This document shows positions 63,181-64,000 of a stretch of DNA of 64,000 nucleotides, piece after piece. A program made the position numbers and the translations under genes. This stretch comes from Opitutales bacterium (GTDB lineage Bacteria; Verrucomicrobiota; Verrucomicrobiia; Opitutales; PNEW01), in assembly GCA_965197745.1 (NCBI GenBank), contig CBDANS010000007.1, positions 1,952,001 to 2,016,000 on the forward strand. Direction: 5' to 3'. Positions within the stretch are counted from its first letter, which is position 1. The number at the start of each line of letters is the position of its first letter. The notes below the pieces were generated by a model that saw only the letters and a list, made by a program, of their open reading frames with translations, made no database searches and was not told where the DNA came from.

Positions 63181-63269
63181 CCCTCTGCATAATCCTGCAC
63201 CAAATTAAATAAAAAATCTTCGTCTGCCTCTGCCTCTTGTAGGTTACCCCGCGATGATAAGACAACCTT

Positions 63270-63544
63270 TTGAGTCCTTCCGAGAATGGGTCATCGTAAC
63301 ACGTCGGAGGAAGGACTGGAAAAAGCTTTCAACAGTGTCTACGGTTGAGAGTGCCAGGAACTCCCGACTCCTAATAAGAGGAGCCGGGAGCAAATCGGAA
63401 GAGTTCATTCTGCCTCTGGAACCCGCGTTAGCGGAGTTCAAGACGAAGCCTGGGAACTTCCGATCTAACCTGGCTAATCTCAAACAATTGAAAGAGCCCG
63501 GATTATACCCCCGCGAGCTCATCTTGACAAGACCGAGATAGCCA
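63270..63544 (+). ncRNA. Putative IS110 bridge RNA (target-binding and donor-binding loops)
   Basis: 5' hairpins followed by two stem/internal-loop/hairpin modules; loop sequences TCTGCCTCT and ACAAG match the element junction; 5' boundary uncertain. Confidence 0.75.
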
Positions 63545-64000
63545 TGAATGAAAAAAAACACACCCTCATCGCCATAGATATAGCCAAAAACACCTTGCAA
63601 GTGCAAAGTGCAGAGCAAAGTTACGCTCTAAGCAACGACAAGTCGGGACTCAAAGAACTGCTCAAAGCCATAGGAAAGATGGATGCCCCCTTTGTGGTGT
63701 GCGAAGCCACAGGAGGCTACGAGCGCGCCTTGTTGAGCGCTTTGCATGAAGCGCAGATTGTGGTGTGCCTGATTAATCCTGCGCGCGTACGGGCCTTCGC
63801 CACGAGCGATGGCATCCGTGCAAAGACCGATAAGATCGATGCCAAGGTATTGCTGCGCTTTGCTCAGCAAAAGCAGTTGTCCCCAACAGCTCCCCCGACA
63901 CCCGAACAGCAACAGATGACTGCTTTACTGGATCGACGCCATCATCTGAGCGAACAGCTTGGCCGCGAGAAGAACCGCTTGCAGAACAGTCCCAAGAGCA
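63544..64000 (+). CDS. IS110-family recombinase/transposase, N-terminal RuvC-like DEDD domain (partial; absent from the ORF track)
   Basis: Manual translation [18 protein letters not shown]...[10 protein letters not shown]...[10 protein letters not shown]...[11 protein letters not shown]..., open to the window end. Confidence 0.95.
   Translation, partial: MNEKKHTLIAIDIAKNTLQVQSAEQSYALSNDKSGLKELLKAIGKMDAPFVVCEATGGYERALLSALHEAQIVVCLINPARVRAFATSDGIRAKTDKIDAKVLLRFAQQKQLSPTAPPTPEQQQMTALLDRRHHLSEQLGREKNRLQNSPKS

Larger units (their letters stand above)
63236..64000 (+). mobile_element. IS110-family insertion sequence (left end and 5' part; runs off the window)
   Basis: DEDD recombinase ORF preceded by a ~300-bp structured non-coding end; left boundary inferred at the CT core 63236-63237. 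Confidence 0.9.

Noticed and set aside
63244..63912. ORF-track entries 63254..63541 (+), 63244..63618 (-) and 63628..63912 (-)
   Set aside because: They overlay the IS110 non-coding end or are antisense to the recombinase and show no protein motifs; the real CDS starts at 63544.
1..64000. tRNA, rRNA, tmRNA genes and CRISPR arrays
   Set aside because: None recognised by eye in any intergenic region; a covariance-model scan was not possible.

Overview
A 64-kb chromosomal window of a Gram-negative bacterium, by inference a Verrucomicrobiota/Opitutia member. It is mostly housekeeping: pyrR-pyrB-pyrC, thiL-tsaE, fabG-acpP-fabF, folD, proC, hldD, a three-subunit succinate dehydrogenase of the actinobacterial Sdh1 type, fumC, an ECF sigma module, ftsH-tilS, serS, LPS core/lipid A genes with msbA, a type IV pilus cluster, rho, coaE, nagB and radC. 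The strongest signal is at the right edge: an IS110-family DEDD recombinase missed by the ORF track because it runs off the window. Its ~300-bp non-coding left end folds into a bridge-RNA-like structure whose internal loops match the element's own junction (TCTGCCT-CT|TGT) and predict the unseen right flank (CT-TCGTCT). Also notable: a tandemly duplicated two-gene module of unknown function; an HtrA-like protein lacking its catalytic triad in the ECF operon; an LpxL-WaaF fusion; an unexplained structured RNA candidate in the pilus cluster; and several gene-inactivating lesions (pilT, pilB, yjbQ, an oxidoreductase, a kinase, a surface protein) that suggest genome erosion or assembly error. All folds and motif calls were made by eye; no searches were run.
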